Positions 47,779 through 57,915 are shown, numbered from the stretch's first letter. The stretch is DNA of 64,000 nt from an uncultured Methanosarcinales archaeon (GCA_964354285.1 CAYGYR010000001.1:326424-390423); one strand, 5' to 3'. Program-made: numbers and translations. Notes: generated by a model not told the origin, from the letters alone.

Positions 47779-48234
47779 TTGTTCGAATCACTAAGCAATG
47801 CGCAAAAAGAAATCGGGAGAGCAGACCATCTTTTCCACGTCACCCTAAAGTACACCAGGACAGTTGATGTTCTAAAATCACTCATCCAGAGATTAATCAA
47901 TGCAATGGATTTTGGGATAGAAGCGCTCCTGCGCCAATGCAAGGAAAAAAAGCTCATAACTGATATCCCAGAGCTTCCAAGGTTAAGGATAGAAATAATT
48001 AAAAAAGAGTTCTCAGACGATCCTGAGATACAGAAGTACATTGATTTTTTCATGCTCCTGAGAAAAATTGAGAAAGCAAAGTTTGACAAGGCAATGGAAT
48101 ACAGAAGGCATGTCACAATGACTGTCCGTATCGACGACAAAGATGCAGAAGTCACAATAGACATTATTGGAGATTACTTCAGGAAAACAAAAGAATTCCT
48201 GAATTATATTGAAGAAATGGTTAAAAAAGAATAA
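47779..48234 (+). CDS. hypothetical protein
   Basis: 151-aa helical ORF. Confidence 0.4.
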   Translation: MFESLSNAQKEIGRADHLFHVTLKYTRTVDVLKSLIQRLINAMDFGIEALLRQCKEKKLITDIPELPRLRIEIIKKEFSDDPEIQKYIDFFMLLRKIEKAKFDKAMEYRRHVTMTVRIDDKDAEVTIDIIGDYFRKTKEFLNYIEEMVKKE

Positions 48235-48736
48235 GATGGAGAAACTAAAAGAAAAAATCTCTGGCAAGCCCTGGCCAGTTCATGAGAAAAAGAGAACAAT
48301 AGAAATAATCGACCGGGCCTCAGAGAGAAAAACAGGCTCACTTCTTTTTCTTGACGAATTCGTGTACTTCTTCCTGTTATTCACAGGAATTATCGGCAAC
48401 TTCTTCATTTCAGTAATTCTCGTGCCGCTCATGCTGATACTAACAGGATTTTACCTATACACAGCACTATTCCTCATAGGCATTGCATTCGGAGCGCTGA
48501 TAAACCAGATAATACTGGAGATACAAAAAATAGAGGAAAGAAGGCACTTTATACCAGGGCTTCTGATGGCAGCAATAGCGCTGATTAATATATACATAAT
48601 GACAAAACTTGCAAATGTTCTTGAAACAAAACTTGGACTGCTAACCCCAACACACAATCCTTGGCTCGTAAGCCTAGCGTATGTTGCTGCATTCTTGATA
48701 CCGCACATCTATACTGAATATAAAAAGAGATTTTAA
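48209..48736 (+). CDS. hypothetical membrane protein
   Basis: Four predicted TM helices. Confidence 0.4.
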   Translation: MKKWLKKNKMEKLKEKISGKPWPVHEKKRTIEIIDRASERKTGSLLFLDEFVYFFLLFTGIIGNFFISVILVPLMLILTGFYLYTALFLIGIAFGALINQIILEIQKIEERRHFIPGLLMAAIALINIYIMTKLANVLETKLGLLTPTHNPWLVSLAYVAAFLIPHIYTEYKKRF

Positions 48737-48743
48737 GCTTAGA

Positions 48744-48829
48744 AGCGGTAGCTGGGAATCGAACCCAGGCCGGAGGCTTTCCATATTCTTGTTCCACAGG
48801 CCTCTACGCTACCATTACGCCACTACCGC
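48744..48829 (-). tRNA. tRNA-His (GUG) with a 15-nt intron at 37/38
   Basis: Acceptor GCGGTAG/CTACCGC. D-stem GCGT/ACGT. Anticodon stem GAGGC/GCCTC with GTG. T-arm CTGGG-TTCGATT-CCCAG. Position -1 is A and the discriminator is U, rather than G-1/C73. Confidence 0.7.
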
Positions 48830-49139
48830 TGTAAACATAAACCCAGGTATTATGAAACTATATAAAACTAACCCCTCACATAGGCACTGTCTTGAGTCTC
48901 GCTATACGCTCAGGTTAGCAGCTTCAAATCCTCGCTGCGCATCTTTGATTACTGACATAAACCCACACAATTTTTTTATAAAATGGATTTGACCTTAGGC
49001 TACTAACCTACATTCAGGACAAAGCCGCCCACACCCAAAGCTTTATAAACAAACCCTTTATCCTATTACATACTAGCCCGAGTCAAGATGGCGTTTTTAG
49101 GGTTAAGCGCTTATTTTTCTCGTGTTAATGAGGCATTCA

Positions 49140-49616
49140 ATGGCTGAAGAGCAAATAAAACATTTAGTAAGAATTGCAAACACAGACCTTAAGGGAACAC
49201 AGGCATTACTCTATGCCCTCAGAAAGATAAAAGGCGTTGGAACAATGTACGCCAATGCAGTCTGCAAAGTTGCAGGAATGGATACCGCAAAAAAAATAGG
49301 AACATTAAGCGATGCAGAAATTAAAAAATTAGACGAAATTGCAAAAAATCCAGTAAAAAATAATATCCCTGTCTGGATGCTTAACAGGAAAAAAGACCCA
49401 GAGACAGGGCAAAACAAACACCTTCTAACAAGCGATTTACAGTTCAGCGTTGAAAATGATATCAAGTTCATGAAGAAAATAAAGCTTTACAAAGGAATAA
49501 GACATATGTTCGGGCTGACAGTAAGAGGCCAGAGAACAAGAAGCAACTTCAGAAAGAATAAAGGAAAAGTTCTTGGCGTCAAGAAAGCAAAGCCAGGAAA
49601 AAAGGCCAGCAAGTAA
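49140..49616 (+). CDS. rps13: 30S ribosomal protein uS13
   Basis: IANTDLKGTQALLYALRKIKGVG signature. Start trimmed to MAEEQ. Confidence 0.85.
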   Translation: MAEEQIKHLVRIANTDLKGTQALLYALRKIKGVGTMYANAVCKVAGMDTAKKIGTLSDAEIKKLDEIAKNPVKNNIPVWMLNRKKDPETGQNKHLLTSDLQFSVENDIKFMKKIKLYKGIRHMFGLTVRGQRTRSNFRKNKGKVLGVKKAKPGKKASK

Positions 49617-49644
49617 AAACATGAGGTAATGAGGTAATAATCAA

Positions 49645-50304
49645 ATGGGCGATCCAAGAAAAATAAGATCAAGACTGGAGGGGCCAAGCCACCCCTGGAT
49701 GAAGGAAAGGATTGAGCAAGAAAAAGAGTTAGTACAGGATTATGGCCTTAAAAATAAGAGCGAGATATGGAGGCAAATGTCAAAGCTTAAAGGCTTTGCA
49801 AGACAGGCAAAGAGGCTTGTCGCATTGAGAAGAGAGCCCCAATCAGAAACAGAAAAAACACAGCTGCTTACAAAGCTGAATAAGCTTGGCTTGCTGAGCA
49901 AGGAAGCTGTTCTTGAAGACGTACTCGGCCTCACAATAAAAGACCTGCTTGAGCTGAGACTGCAGACACTGGTTTGCAGAAAAGGGTTTGCAAAAACCAT
50001 GAAACAAGCAAGACAATTTATAGTTCACAGCCACATTACAATCAACGGCAAAAAAGTAACATCACCATCACATATTGTTCCAAGCGAGGAAGTGCCAACC
50101 ATAAACTTTGTAGCAACATCTGCTCTAGCAGATGCAGAGCACCCGGAAAGAAAAATGGGAAAGACAAAAGTTGTCAAAGAAAAAAGAGTAGAGAAAAGAA
50201 AAGAAAGGCGCGGAGAGAGAAGAGGCCACAACAGGCAAGACACAAGAGGCAGAGAAAACACAAGGCAATCCAAGCCTAAAGAAAAAACTGAAAAGAAGGC
50301 ATAA
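49645..50304 (+). CDS. rps4: 30S ribosomal protein uS4 with a basic C-terminal extension
   Basis: [19 protein letters not shown]-terminus. S4 domain. [24 protein letters not shown] tail. Confidence 0.85.
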   Translation: MGDPRKIRSRLEGPSHPWMKERIEQEKELVQDYGLKNKSEIWRQMSKLKGFARQAKRLVALRREPQSETEKTQLLTKLNKLGLLSKEAVLEDVLGLTIKDLLELRLQTLVCRKGFAKTMKQARQFIVHSHITINGKKVTSPSHIVPSEEVPTINFVATSALADAEHPERKMGKTKVVKEKRVEKRKERRGERRGHNRQDTRGRENTRQSKPKEKTEKKA

Positions 50305-50309
50305 TAAAA

Positions 50310-50717
50310 ATGATGAACAGGCCACAACAAAACATAAGATGGGGAATAGCACATATTTACTCAAGCTATAACGATACCATAATTCACATAACAGACATAA
50401 CAGGCACAGAAACAATAGCCGTTGCTTCAGGAGGAATGATGGTCAAGGCAGACAGGCTTGAAAACTCGCCAACAGCCGCAATGATGGCCTCAAAAAGAGC
50501 GGCAGAAATAGCGCTGGAAAAAGGAATTAATGGAATACACGTAAAAGTGAGAGCTCCAGGCGGGCACAATGGGCCGCATAATCCGGGGCCAGGCGCCCAG
50601 GCAGCAGTTAGAGCGCTGTCAAGAATGGGATTGAGAATAGGCATAATCGAGGATGTAACACCAATGCCGCACGGCGGATGCAAGAAGAAAGGCGGAAAAA
50701 GAGGAAGGAGGGTATAA
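50310..50717 (+). CDS. rps11: 30S ribosomal protein uS11
   Basis: [21 protein letters not shown] signature. Confidence 0.9.
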   Translation: MMNRPQQNIRWGIAHIYSSYNDTIIHITDITGTETIAVASGGMMVKADRLENSPTAAMMASKRAAEIALEKGINGIHVKVRAPGGHNGPHNPGPGAQAAVRALSRMGLRIGIIEDVTPMPHGGCKKKGGKRGRRV

Positions 50718-50718
50718 A

Positions 50719-51516
50719 ATGGTTGAACTCCAGGTACTTGGCAAAGACAAGAAAACAGGGAGAGTGACCTTCATACTAAAGGGAACTAATGCTGCGTTTG
50801 CTAATGCAATGAGACGCACAATGCTCAGCAACGTGCCCACAATGGCAATAGAAGATGTTGAGATAAGAAAAAACAGCTCAATACTTTACGATGAAATAAT
50901 TGCCAACAGGCTCGGACTAATCCCCCTTAAGACAGACCTGAAATCATATTACTTACCAAAAAAATGCAAGTGCGAAGGCAAAGGATGCAACAGGTGCACC
51001 CTGAAACTAACGCTCAAGGCAAAAGGACCAGGCATAGTTTATGCATCTGAGATAAAATCAAAAGACCCAAAAGTAAAACCAGTATACCCTGAAACGCCAA
51101 TAGTAAAACTCATGAAAGGCCAGGAATTAGAACTCGAGGCAACAGCAGTGCTCGGCACAGGAAAGGAGCATGCAAAATGGAGCCCAGGACTAATATGGTA
51201 TAAAGCAAAACCAATCATAACAATTGATGACAAAAAATGCACTAATGCAGAAGAATGTGCAAAAGCATGTCCTGTAAAGGTTTACAATGCAAAGGACGGA
51301 AAACTCACAATCAACAAGGAAAACTTGATGCAATGCCACTTATGCAATGCATGTGTCGATATTGCTGCAAACAAGTCAATAACGGTCGCGAAAAGCGATG
51401 ACGAATTTGTGTTTTACATCGAGCCATGGGGCCAGTTGACTGCTGTAGAGATAGCAACTACTGCTGCAGAACTGTTCAAGGAAACACTTGCAGAATTTGA
51501 GGAAAAAATAAAGTAA
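50719..51516 (+). CDS. rpoD: DNA-directed RNA polymerase subunit D (Rpo3) with a 4Fe-4S ferredoxin-like insert
   Basis: Dimerisation domain plus CTNAEECAKACPVKVY / CHLCNACVDI. Confidence 0.85.
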   Translation: MVELQVLGKDKKTGRVTFILKGTNAAFANAMRRTMLSNVPTMAIEDVEIRKNSSILYDEIIANRLGLIPLKTDLKSYYLPKKCKCEGKGCNRCTLKLTLKAKGPGIVYASEIKSKDPKVKPVYPETPIVKLMKGQELELEATAVLGTGKEHAKWSPGLIWYKAKPIITIDDKKCTNAEECAKACPVKVYNAKDGKLTINKENLMQCHLCNACVDIAANKSITVAKSDDEFVFYIEPWGQLTAVEIATTAAELFKETLAEFEEKIK

Positions 51517-51534
51517 GATTTACATTCGCAAATA

Positions 51535-51552
51535 CCCGCAAAAGTTTGCGGG
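51535..51552. terminator. perfect palindromic hairpin CCCGCAAAAGTTTGCGGG downstream of rpoD
   Basis: 8-bp stem with a 2-nt loop, immediately 3' of rpoD. Shares the GCAAAAGT core. Confidence 0.45.
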
Positions 51553-51557
51553 CAAAA

Positions 51558-51660
51558 CAGAATCTGCGGATTCTGTGAGTCCACGTTCGCTGATGCTCAC
51601 GTGGGCAGCGCAGAATCTGCGGGTTCTGCTGGTCCGCGTTCGCTCACGCTCACGCGGGGG
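51558..51660. repeat. tandem direct repeat (about 53 nt x 2) of the tRNA-Leu(GAG) leader
   Basis: Unit A (51558-51610) and unit B (51611-51660) are about 80% identical. Each carries the hairpin CAGAATCTGCGG(A/G)TTCTG. Unit B runs into the tRNA 5' end. Unit A ends in a degenerate copy (GTGGGCAGCG). Confidence 0.5.
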
Positions 51661-51758
51661 TGGCAGAGTGGCCAAATGCGCTAGGTTGAGGTCAGCCAAT
51701 GGCTGTGCAAAAGCCTAGTCCCTTAGTGGGTACGCGTGTTCGAATCACGTCCCCCGCA
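51654..51758 (+). tRNA. tRNA-Leu (GAG) with an intron of about 21 nt
   Basis: Acceptor GCGGGGG/CCCCCGC. 3-bp D-stem. Anticodon stem CTAGG/CCTAG with loop TTGAGG.. (GAG). Variable arm TCCCTTAGTGGGTAC. T-arm GCGTG-TTCGAAT-CACGT. Confidence 0.7.
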
Positions 51759-51780
51759 TACAACAAATAATAACACGAAA

Positions 51781-52011
51781 ATGGATAAAATATCAAATGC
51801 ATTATTGAAAGACATCCGGGCTCATACTGGCAGAGATGGTTTTATGCTAGCAGCACTTGAAATGAAGTATGCTAGCAATTCAGCACGAGGAGATTTTGGA
51901 AACAAAGGACTAAAATGTGCACTCAATCAACTTCAAAATCAAGGTTTAATAGAATATGAGAAAAGACAGGTAGGATTTGATTATTTTACCTTTATCAAAC
52001 CAACGCAATGA
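51781..52011 (+). CDS. small hypothetical protein
   Basis: 76-aa ORF (MDKISNALLKDIRAHTGRDGFMLAALEMKY...). The ATG-to-stop overlap with eL18 (ATGA) suggests co-translation. Confidence 0.35.
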   Translation: MDKISNALLKDIRAHTGRDGFMLAALEMKYASNSARGDFGNKGLKCALNQLQNQGLIEYEKRQVGFDYFTFIKPTQ

Positions 52012-52370
52012 AAAGAACAGGACCAACAAACGAACATATGAAAATGCTCATCCAAGAGCTGAGAAAAGAATCAACTATTCAAAAAGCTGCAATCTGGGAC
52101 AGGATAGCAGACGATCTTGAGATGCCAACAAGGCAGAGAAGGATAATCAATGTTTCAAAAATAAACAGATACACCAAAGCAAACGAAACAGTCGTTGTGC
52201 CAGGAAAAGTCCTTGGCTCAGGGCTGGTAAATCACAGCGTTCATGTTGCCGCGTGGGCCTTTTCTGATTCAGCAAAGAAAAGAATAGAGCATGCAAAAGG
52301 GAAGTGCACCACAATCAGCGAGCTGGTAAAGGCAAACCCAAAAGGAAAAGATGTGAGGATACTCGGATAA
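52008..52370 (+). CDS. rpl18e: 50S ribosomal protein eL18
   Basis: MKRTGPTNEHMKMLIQELRK...VVVPGKVLGSG, the eL18 pattern. Position before uL13. Confidence 0.8.
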   Translation: MKRTGPTNEHMKMLIQELRKESTIQKAAIWDRIADDLEMPTRQRRIINVSKINRYTKANETVVVPGKVLGSGLVNHSVHVAAWAFSDSAKKRIEHAKGKCTTISELVKANPKGKDVRILG

Positions 52371-52371
52371 A

Positions 52372-52797
52372 ATGGCAGAGCTATATATTGACGCAGAGGA
52401 CGCAATTTTTGGAAGGCTTGGATCATACATAGCTAAAAGAGCCATGTTAGGGGACACTGTCAAGGTAATGAACTCCGAGAAAGCAATTATTTCAGGCAGC
52501 AAAGAACTTACTATCAAAAAGTACCAGTACCTAAAAAGCGGCATGGGAAGGCCTGCAAAAGGGCCATTTTACTCAAAAATGCCTGACAGGTTCATGCGCA
52601 GAATCATAAGGGGTATGCTTCCTCACAAAAAGACAAAGGGCTGGGAAGCTTATAAGAGAATAATGTGCTACATAGGAGTTCCTGCTGAATTCAAAAACCA
52701 AAAGTTAATTAAGATACAGGAAGCAGATGTTTCAAGATTAAAAACACTAAAGAAAGTATCTATTGGAGAGGTGTGCAAAGCACTCGGGCGAAAATGA
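52372..52797 (+). CDS. rpl13: 50S ribosomal protein uL13
   Basis: IDAEDAIFGRLGSYIAKRAMLGDTV signature. Confidence 0.85.
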   Translation: MAELYIDAEDAIFGRLGSYIAKRAMLGDTVKVMNSEKAIISGSKELTIKKYQYLKSGMGRPAKGPFYSKMPDRFMRRIIRGMLPHKKTKGWEAYKRIMCYIGVPAEFKNQKLIKIQEADVSRLKTLKKVSIGEVCKALGRK

Positions 52798-53189
52798 AAG
52801 TCATAACTGTTTCAGGGAAGAGAAAGAGGGCAATTGCAAGAGCAACCCTTAAGCCAGGCGCAGGGATCATAAGAATAAACTCAAAACTGCTGAACTTTAT
52901 CGAGCCAGTACTATACCGGACAAAGATCAGCGAGCCAATGATACTTGCAGGTGACAGGGCAAAAGACGTAAACATTGACATACAAGTCAATGGCGGCGGA
53001 ATAAGCAGCCAGGCAGTGGCATCAAGGCTAGTTATTGCAAGAGCACTAGTAGTATATGACAAATCACTTGAGAAAGAATTCCTTGAGTATGATAGAACCT
53101 TACTCATTGCAGACGTAAGAAGAAAAGAAACACACAAGCCAAACTGCCATGGAAAGGCAAGGGCAAAAAGGCAGAAATCCTACAGGTGA
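52794..53189 (+). CDS. rps9: 30S ribosomal protein uS9
   Basis: GKRKRAIARATL...GGGISSQAVA...KSYR terminus. Start trimmed to MKVITV. Confidence 0.85.
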   Translation: MKVITVSGKRKRAIARATLKPGAGIIRINSKLLNFIEPVLYRTKISEPMILAGDRAKDVNIDIQVNGGGISSQAVASRLVIARALVVYDKSLEKEFLEYDRTLLIADVRRKETHKPNCHGKARAKRQKSYR

Positions 53190-53193
53190 GAAT

Positions 53194-53391
53194 ATGATAA
53201 TACCAATAAGGTGCTGGAGCTGCGGAAAACCAATCGCGCAATTGTGGGACAAATTCAAGGAAAGAGTAGACAAGGGAGAGTCAAAAAAAGAAGTGCTTGA
53301 TGACTTAGGCCTTGACAGGTATTGCTGCAGGGCGATGCTATTAGGGCACGTTGACCTGATTGACACAGCAGGGCAGTTCAAGAAAGTATAA
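53194..53391 (+). CDS. rpoN: DNA-directed RNA polymerase subunit N (Rpb10 homolog)
   Basis: MIIPIRCWSCGKPI...RYCCRAML Zn-bundle signature. Confidence 0.8.
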   Translation: MIIPIRCWSCGKPIAQLWDKFKERVDKGESKKEVLDDLGLDRYCCRAMLLGHVDLIDTAGQFKKV

Positions 53392-53396
53392 TTTTT

Positions 53397-54395
53397 TTAT
53401 TTATTCATTGCAGTTTTTATAATTCTAGCAATAAGCATATTATAATCAAGGCCATCTGCCTTGAATGCAAGCGCAGTATCTGAATTTTTTCCAATCCAGC
53501 AATTAGGATTAATCTCTATGATATACAGATTTCCATTTTTATCAAGACGCGCGTCAACAGTTGCATAGCCATCACAGCCCATTGCCTTGTAAACTCTCGC
53601 CGCAGTTGATTTTATTGATTTAAGCTCCTGCCCTGTGAATCTTTTCTCTGCATTCTTAACAAGAGTTATGCAGTCCTTGTAGATCGGCTTGCCAGAATCC
53701 CATTTTGCAGAGTGAGAGAGAATCTTTGGCCTGTGCTTGTAAGAGCGCAAATACCTTGTTTCTGCAGGGTTTAGAACAGTTAGCTCACTTTTTCCAATGA
53801 CTGGCGTAATCAAATCCCTTCCATCAATATACTCCTCAACAAGAGCTGGCTGCTCGTGGTATTCGATAATCCTTTTGATGTTCTTCTTCAAGCTATCCTC
53901 ATTGTGGGCAACAGAGTCAGCATATATTCCTACAGCACCGTCTGCACAGACTGGCTTTACCATCAAAGGGAATTTCAGGGAAGTGCTCAACATTTGTTTT
54001 GTCGAAGTGAAAACCTGATATCTCGGAGTCAAAATCCCGTTTCTCACCAGCACTTTTTTTATTTTTCTCTTATCATTGCAGAGCATTACTGCATTAAGAT
54101 TATTTCCTGTGAAAGGGAGCCCTGTCTTTTCAATATCCTTGAGAACCTTAAACTCAATAAACTCAGGGTCATTCTCCAATCCATCACACAGATTAAATAT
54201 CAGATCATAGCTCTTGTTCAGCTTCAAACCTTTTTGAGAATCATAAGGCATCTTCTCAACAAAATAGCCAAGTTCCTCAAGAGCCTTGCATACCTGTAAA
54301 TCACTTGCAGGAATACGCTCAATCAGCTTTTTCTTGCCGTTAATTCTTGTTTCTATTTCCTCTTTCAAATAAAGAGCTAAAATTCTCATCAACAA
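53397..54395 (-). CDS. ATP-grasp ligase, D-alanine--D-alanine-ligase-like
   Basis: MVKPVCADGAVGIY (K-loop). EEYIDGRDLITPVIG. GCDGYATVDARLDKNGNLYIIEINPNC (E.N motif). Confidence 0.7.
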   Translation of the reverse strand: MLMRILALYLKEEIETRINGKKKLIERIPASDLQVCKALEELGYFVEKMPYDSQKGLKLNKSYDLIFNLCDGLENDPEFIEFKVLKDIEKTGLPFTGNNLNAVMLCNDKRKIKKVLVRNGILTPRYQVFTSTKQMLSTSLKFPLMVKPVCADGAVGIYADSVAHNEDSLKKNIKRIIEYHEQPALVEEYIDGRDLITPVIGKSELTVLNPAETRYLRSYKHRPKILSHSAKWDSGKPIYKDCITLVKNAEKRFTGQELKSIKSTAARVYKAMGCDGYATVDARLDKNGNLYIIEINPNCWIGKNSDTALAFKADGLDYNMLIARIIKTAMNK

Positions 54396-54472
54396 GGTTT
54401 ATTATAGAATTTTATTTAAATGTTTTCATAGCAAAGTTAATATTGCTTGACTTTGTATCGAAATGTATTTAA

Positions 54473-55066
54473 ATGAATTTTTTTTCTTATTGTAAAATGC
54501 CTAAATACATCATCGAACACATGGAGCCAATGCTCTTCAAGTGGTGCATACTTGAGTACAGGCACATGTCACAAATAGTTGGAAAGGCAAATCTCATCTT
54601 CACAAGCATAACAAAAGGCAAGGCAAAGATCAAAGGCATTGGAAAAATCTATTCTGAACCCCTAGAGAAAGCGAAGCTAAACCTGAAAAAAGCATGCATA
54701 CTTGACCCAGGTGCTAAAAAAAAGCTGACTCCAAAAGATGCAAAGAAGTTTGACTGCTTTATCTTCGGAGGAATACTTGGAGATTACCCGCCAAGAGCAA
54801 GAACAAAAGAGCTTGCCCACAGGCTTCCAAAGACCGAGACAAGAAATCTTGGCAGGGCGCAGATGAGCACAGACACAGCAGTCCATGTCACAAAACTGAT
54901 TTACCACGGAAAAGCGCTTGAAGAGCTTAAATTCCAGGATAAAATAGAAATACCCATCTCAAAAGGAGAATCAGTGGAGCTTCCATACAGATACCTTCTT
55001 GAGAACAGAGAGCCCGTGCTTCCCCCAGGGCTTATTGAGATGCTGAAGAAGCAGAAAGGTTTTTAA
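54473..55066 (+). CDS. hypothetical protein
   Basis: 197-aa ORF upstream of leuS. No motif recognised. Confidence 0.35.
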   Translation: MNFFSYCKMPKYIIEHMEPMLFKWCILEYRHMSQIVGKANLIFTSITKGKAKIKGIGKIYSEPLEKAKLNLKKACILDPGAKKKLTPKDAKKFDCFIFGGILGDYPPRARTKELAHRLPKTETRNLGRAQMSTDTAVHVTKLIYHGKALEELKFQDKIEIPISKGESVELPYRYLLENREPVLPPGLIEMLKKQKGF

Positions 55067-55089
55067 AATATCATCTTTTCTCATAAAGT

Positions 55090-57915
55090 ATGGTTGATTT
55101 TCACAAGATAGCTAAAAAATGGCAGAGAGCCTGGGATAAGAAAAAAATATTTGAGTCAGACGCAGTGCCAGGCAAAAAGAAATTCTTCATCACGTTCCCG
55201 TATCCATACATGACAGGATACCTGCACGTAGGTCATTCTTACACGTCAATGCGGTGCGAGGCATTTGCAAGATACAAAAGAATGCGCGGCTACAATGTTC
55301 TCTTTCCACAAGGATTTCACGCAACAGGAAGCCCAATAGACACTGCAGCAAAAAGAGTCAAGGAAGGAGAGCAAAACCAGATAGATACGCTTAAATTAAT
55401 GGGATTTAAAGACGAGGAAATAATTAGATTCGCAGAGCCAAAGCACTGGATAGATGTCTTCAGCAAGGCAGCGATAAAAGACTTCAAGGAATTCGGCTTA
55501 TCAATCGACTGGAGAAGAAGATTTGTCACAACAGACCTCACTCCAAGATATTCTAGATTTGTGCAATGGCAGTTCACAAAACTCAAAGAAAAAGGATACG
55601 TGATCAAAGGAGAGCACCCTGTTGTGTGGTGCCCTAATGAAAACACGCCAGTAGGAGACCACGCAAGATCAGAAGGCGAAGGAGAGATGCCAGAGGAGAT
55701 GATACTCATCAAGTTCAAAATGGGAGATACTGTGCTTCCAGCAGCAACATACAGGCCAGAGACAACATATGGTGTTGTAAACATGTGGATAAACCCAGAA
55801 ATAGAATATGTAGAGGCAGAGGTTGACGGGGAAAAATGGCTTGTGACAGAGCCAACACTGAGAAAACTTCAGGATCAAAAGCACAAAGTCAATCCAATGC
55901 AAAAAATCATTGGAAAATCCCTCATCGGAAAGATGTGCACAAATCCTTTGACAGGAGCACAACTCCCAATACTTCCAGCAAGCTTTGTAGACCCTGAAAA
56001 CGGAACAGGCGTAGTCATGAGCGTCCCAAGCCACGCGCCATATGACTGGATAGCACTCAAAGAAATCCAGGACAACCCAGCAAAATTCGGAGTAAAACCA
56101 GAGACTATCAAAGAAGTAAAGCCAATCTCGCTAATCAAGATAAAAGAATACAAAGAGCATCCTGCAATAGAAATCGTCCAGAAAATGGGCATAAAAAGCC
56201 AGGCAGAGGAAGACAAGCTTGCTGAGGCAACAAAAGAAATCTACAAAAAAGAATTCCACACAGGAATACTCAACGAGAAAACAGGCAAATACAAAGGAAT
56301 GACTGTTCAGCAGGCAAAAGAACCCTTAACAAAAGACATGATTGCACAAAACAAGGCACTGATATTCTACGAATTAATGAATCCAGTTGTTTGCAGGTGC
56401 CTGGCAAAATGCCACGTAAAAATTGTTGATGACCAATGGTTCATAAAATATGGCGATCTTGATTGGAAAAAGACAACAATGAAAGCAATGGAAGAGATAA
56501 AGTTCTATCCAGAAAAGATAAGGCCGCAGTTCGAGTATGTTGTTGACTGGCTAAAAGACTGGGCATGCACAAGAGAGATTGGCCTCGGAACTCACTTGCC
56601 CTGGGACAAGAAATGGCTGATTGAGAGCCTGTCAGACAGCACAATGTACATGGCATACTACACAATTGCGCACTTGATAAAGAAAATACCATTAAGCAAA
56701 GTAAATAATGCCTTTTTTGATTACGTATTCCTCGGAAAAGGAAATCCAGAGGAATTAAAGATTGAAAAAAACCTCCTTGAGCATATGCGGGCGGAATTTA
56801 GTTACTGGTATCCTGTTGATTTCAGAAACTCGGGAAAAGATCTTGTCCAGAATCACCTGACATTCTATGTCTTCAACCACACAGCAGTATTCCCAGAAAA
56901 ATGCTGGCCAAGAGGCATAGGCGTGAATGGATTTGTCAATGTCGAAAAGATAAAGATGTCAAAATCAAAAGGAAACTTCAAGACACTCAGAGAACTTGTG
57001 GCAGCATTCAGCCCAGACATAACAAGAATGACTGTGCTCTCAACAGGAGAGGAATTGCTTGATATCAGCTGGGAATCTGAAATGGCTATAACTGCGAAAA
57101 ACAAGCTAGAAAACTGGTATAACTTCTGCATGGACAATTACGGCAAAGGAAAAAGCGATTACAGGGATATAGACAAGTGGATGGAATCACAGCTTAACCA
57201 GGCAATAAAAGATACTACTGCTGCAATGGAGGAAACATTATTCAGGACAGCGATACTCAAAGGATTCTTTGACCTGCAGAGAAACTTAAAATGGTATATG
57301 CGGAGGAGCGCAGGCAAGTTTAATGCACAGTTAATCAACAAATTAATTGAGGCGCAGACAAAGATGCTGGTGCCATTCACGCCGCACATCTGCGAGGAGA
57401 TATGGCACAAAATAGAAAAACCAGACTTAATAAGCCTTGAAGCCTGGCCAGAATATGATGAGAATGCCATAAACCCTGCATTTGACGCAGCAGAGAATGC
57501 AATATCAACAACACTAGATGACATAAACCAGATACTAAAGCTTGCCAAAATAGAGAAACCAAAAAAAGTAACTCTTTTTGTTGCAGAGGACTGGAAATAC
57601 GAATTATTCAAGATGCTTAAAGACAAGCTGGCAAAAACAAGAAACACAGGAGACATAATAAAAGAAGTCATGTCAACCGGCTTGAAAAAACGCGGCCAGG
57701 AGATAGCAAAAATAATCCCAAGAATAGTCAATGACCCAAGCAAGATGCCTAAGATTGTTATGCACCAGGAAGCAGAACTCAAATTCCTAGAAGACAGCCT
57801 TGATTTCTTCAGTAAAGAATATGGCTGCGAGCTAAAGATAATAAAAGAGCAGGACAGCAAAGAAGCAAAAGCAAAGCAGGCAATGCCAGGAAAGGCAGCG
57901 ATTGTTGTTGAGTAG
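55090..57915 (+). CDS. leuS: leucyl-tRNA synthetase (archaeal type)
   Basis: PYMTGYLHVGHSYT (HIGH). IKMSKSKGN (KMSKS). 941 aa with a CP1 editing insertion. Confidence 0.9.
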   Translation: MVDFHKIAKKWQRAWDKKKIFESDAVPGKKKFFITFPYPYMTGYLHVGHSYTSMRCEAFARYKRMRGYNVLFPQGFHATGSPIDTAAKRVKEGEQNQIDTLKLMGFKDEEIIRFAEPKHWIDVFSKAAIKDFKEFGLSIDWRRRFVTTDLTPRYSRFVQWQFTKLKEKGYVIKGEHPVVWCPNENTPVGDHARSEGEGEMPEEMILIKFKMGDTVLPAATYRPETTYGVVNMWINPEIEYVEAEVDGEKWLVTEPTLRKLQDQKHKVNPMQKIIGKSLIGKMCTNPLTGAQLPILPASFVDPENGTGVVMSVPSHAPYDWIALKEIQDNPAKFGVKPETIKEVKPISLIKIKEYKEHPAIEIVQKMGIKSQAEEDKLAEATKEIYKKEFHTGILNEKTGKYKGMTVQQAKEPLTKDMIAQNKALIFYELMNPVVCRCLAKCHVKIVDDQWFIKYGDLDWKKTTMKAMEEIKFYPEKIRPQFEYVVDWLKDWACTREIGLGTHLPWDKKWLIESLSDSTMYMAYYTIAHLIKKIPLSKVNNAFFDYVFLGKGNPEELKIEKNLLEHMRAEFSYWYPVDFRNSGKDLVQNHLTFYVFNHTAVFPEKCWPRGIGVNGFVNVEKIKMSKSKGNFKTLRELVAAFSPDITRMTVLSTGEELLDISWESEMAITAKNKLENWYNFCMDNYGKGKSDYRDIDKWMESQLNQAIKDTTAAMEETLFRTAILKGFFDLQRNLKWYMRRSAGKFNAQLINKLIEAQTKMLVPFTPHICEEIWHKIEKPDLISLEAWPEYDENAINPAFDAAENAISTTLDDINQILKLAKIEKPKKVTLFVAEDWKYELFKMLKDKLAKTRNTGDIIKEVMSTGLKKRGQEIAKIIPRIVNDPSKMPKIVMHQEAELKFLEDSLDFFSKEYGCELKIIKEQDSKEAKAKQAMPGKAAIVVE

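Noticed and set aside
48789-48992. 67-aa plus-strand ORF
   Set aside because: It overlaps the minus-strand tRNA-His and A/T-rich promoter sequence. There is no support.
57159-57860. 233-aa minus-strand ORF
   Set aside because: It is antisense within leuS.
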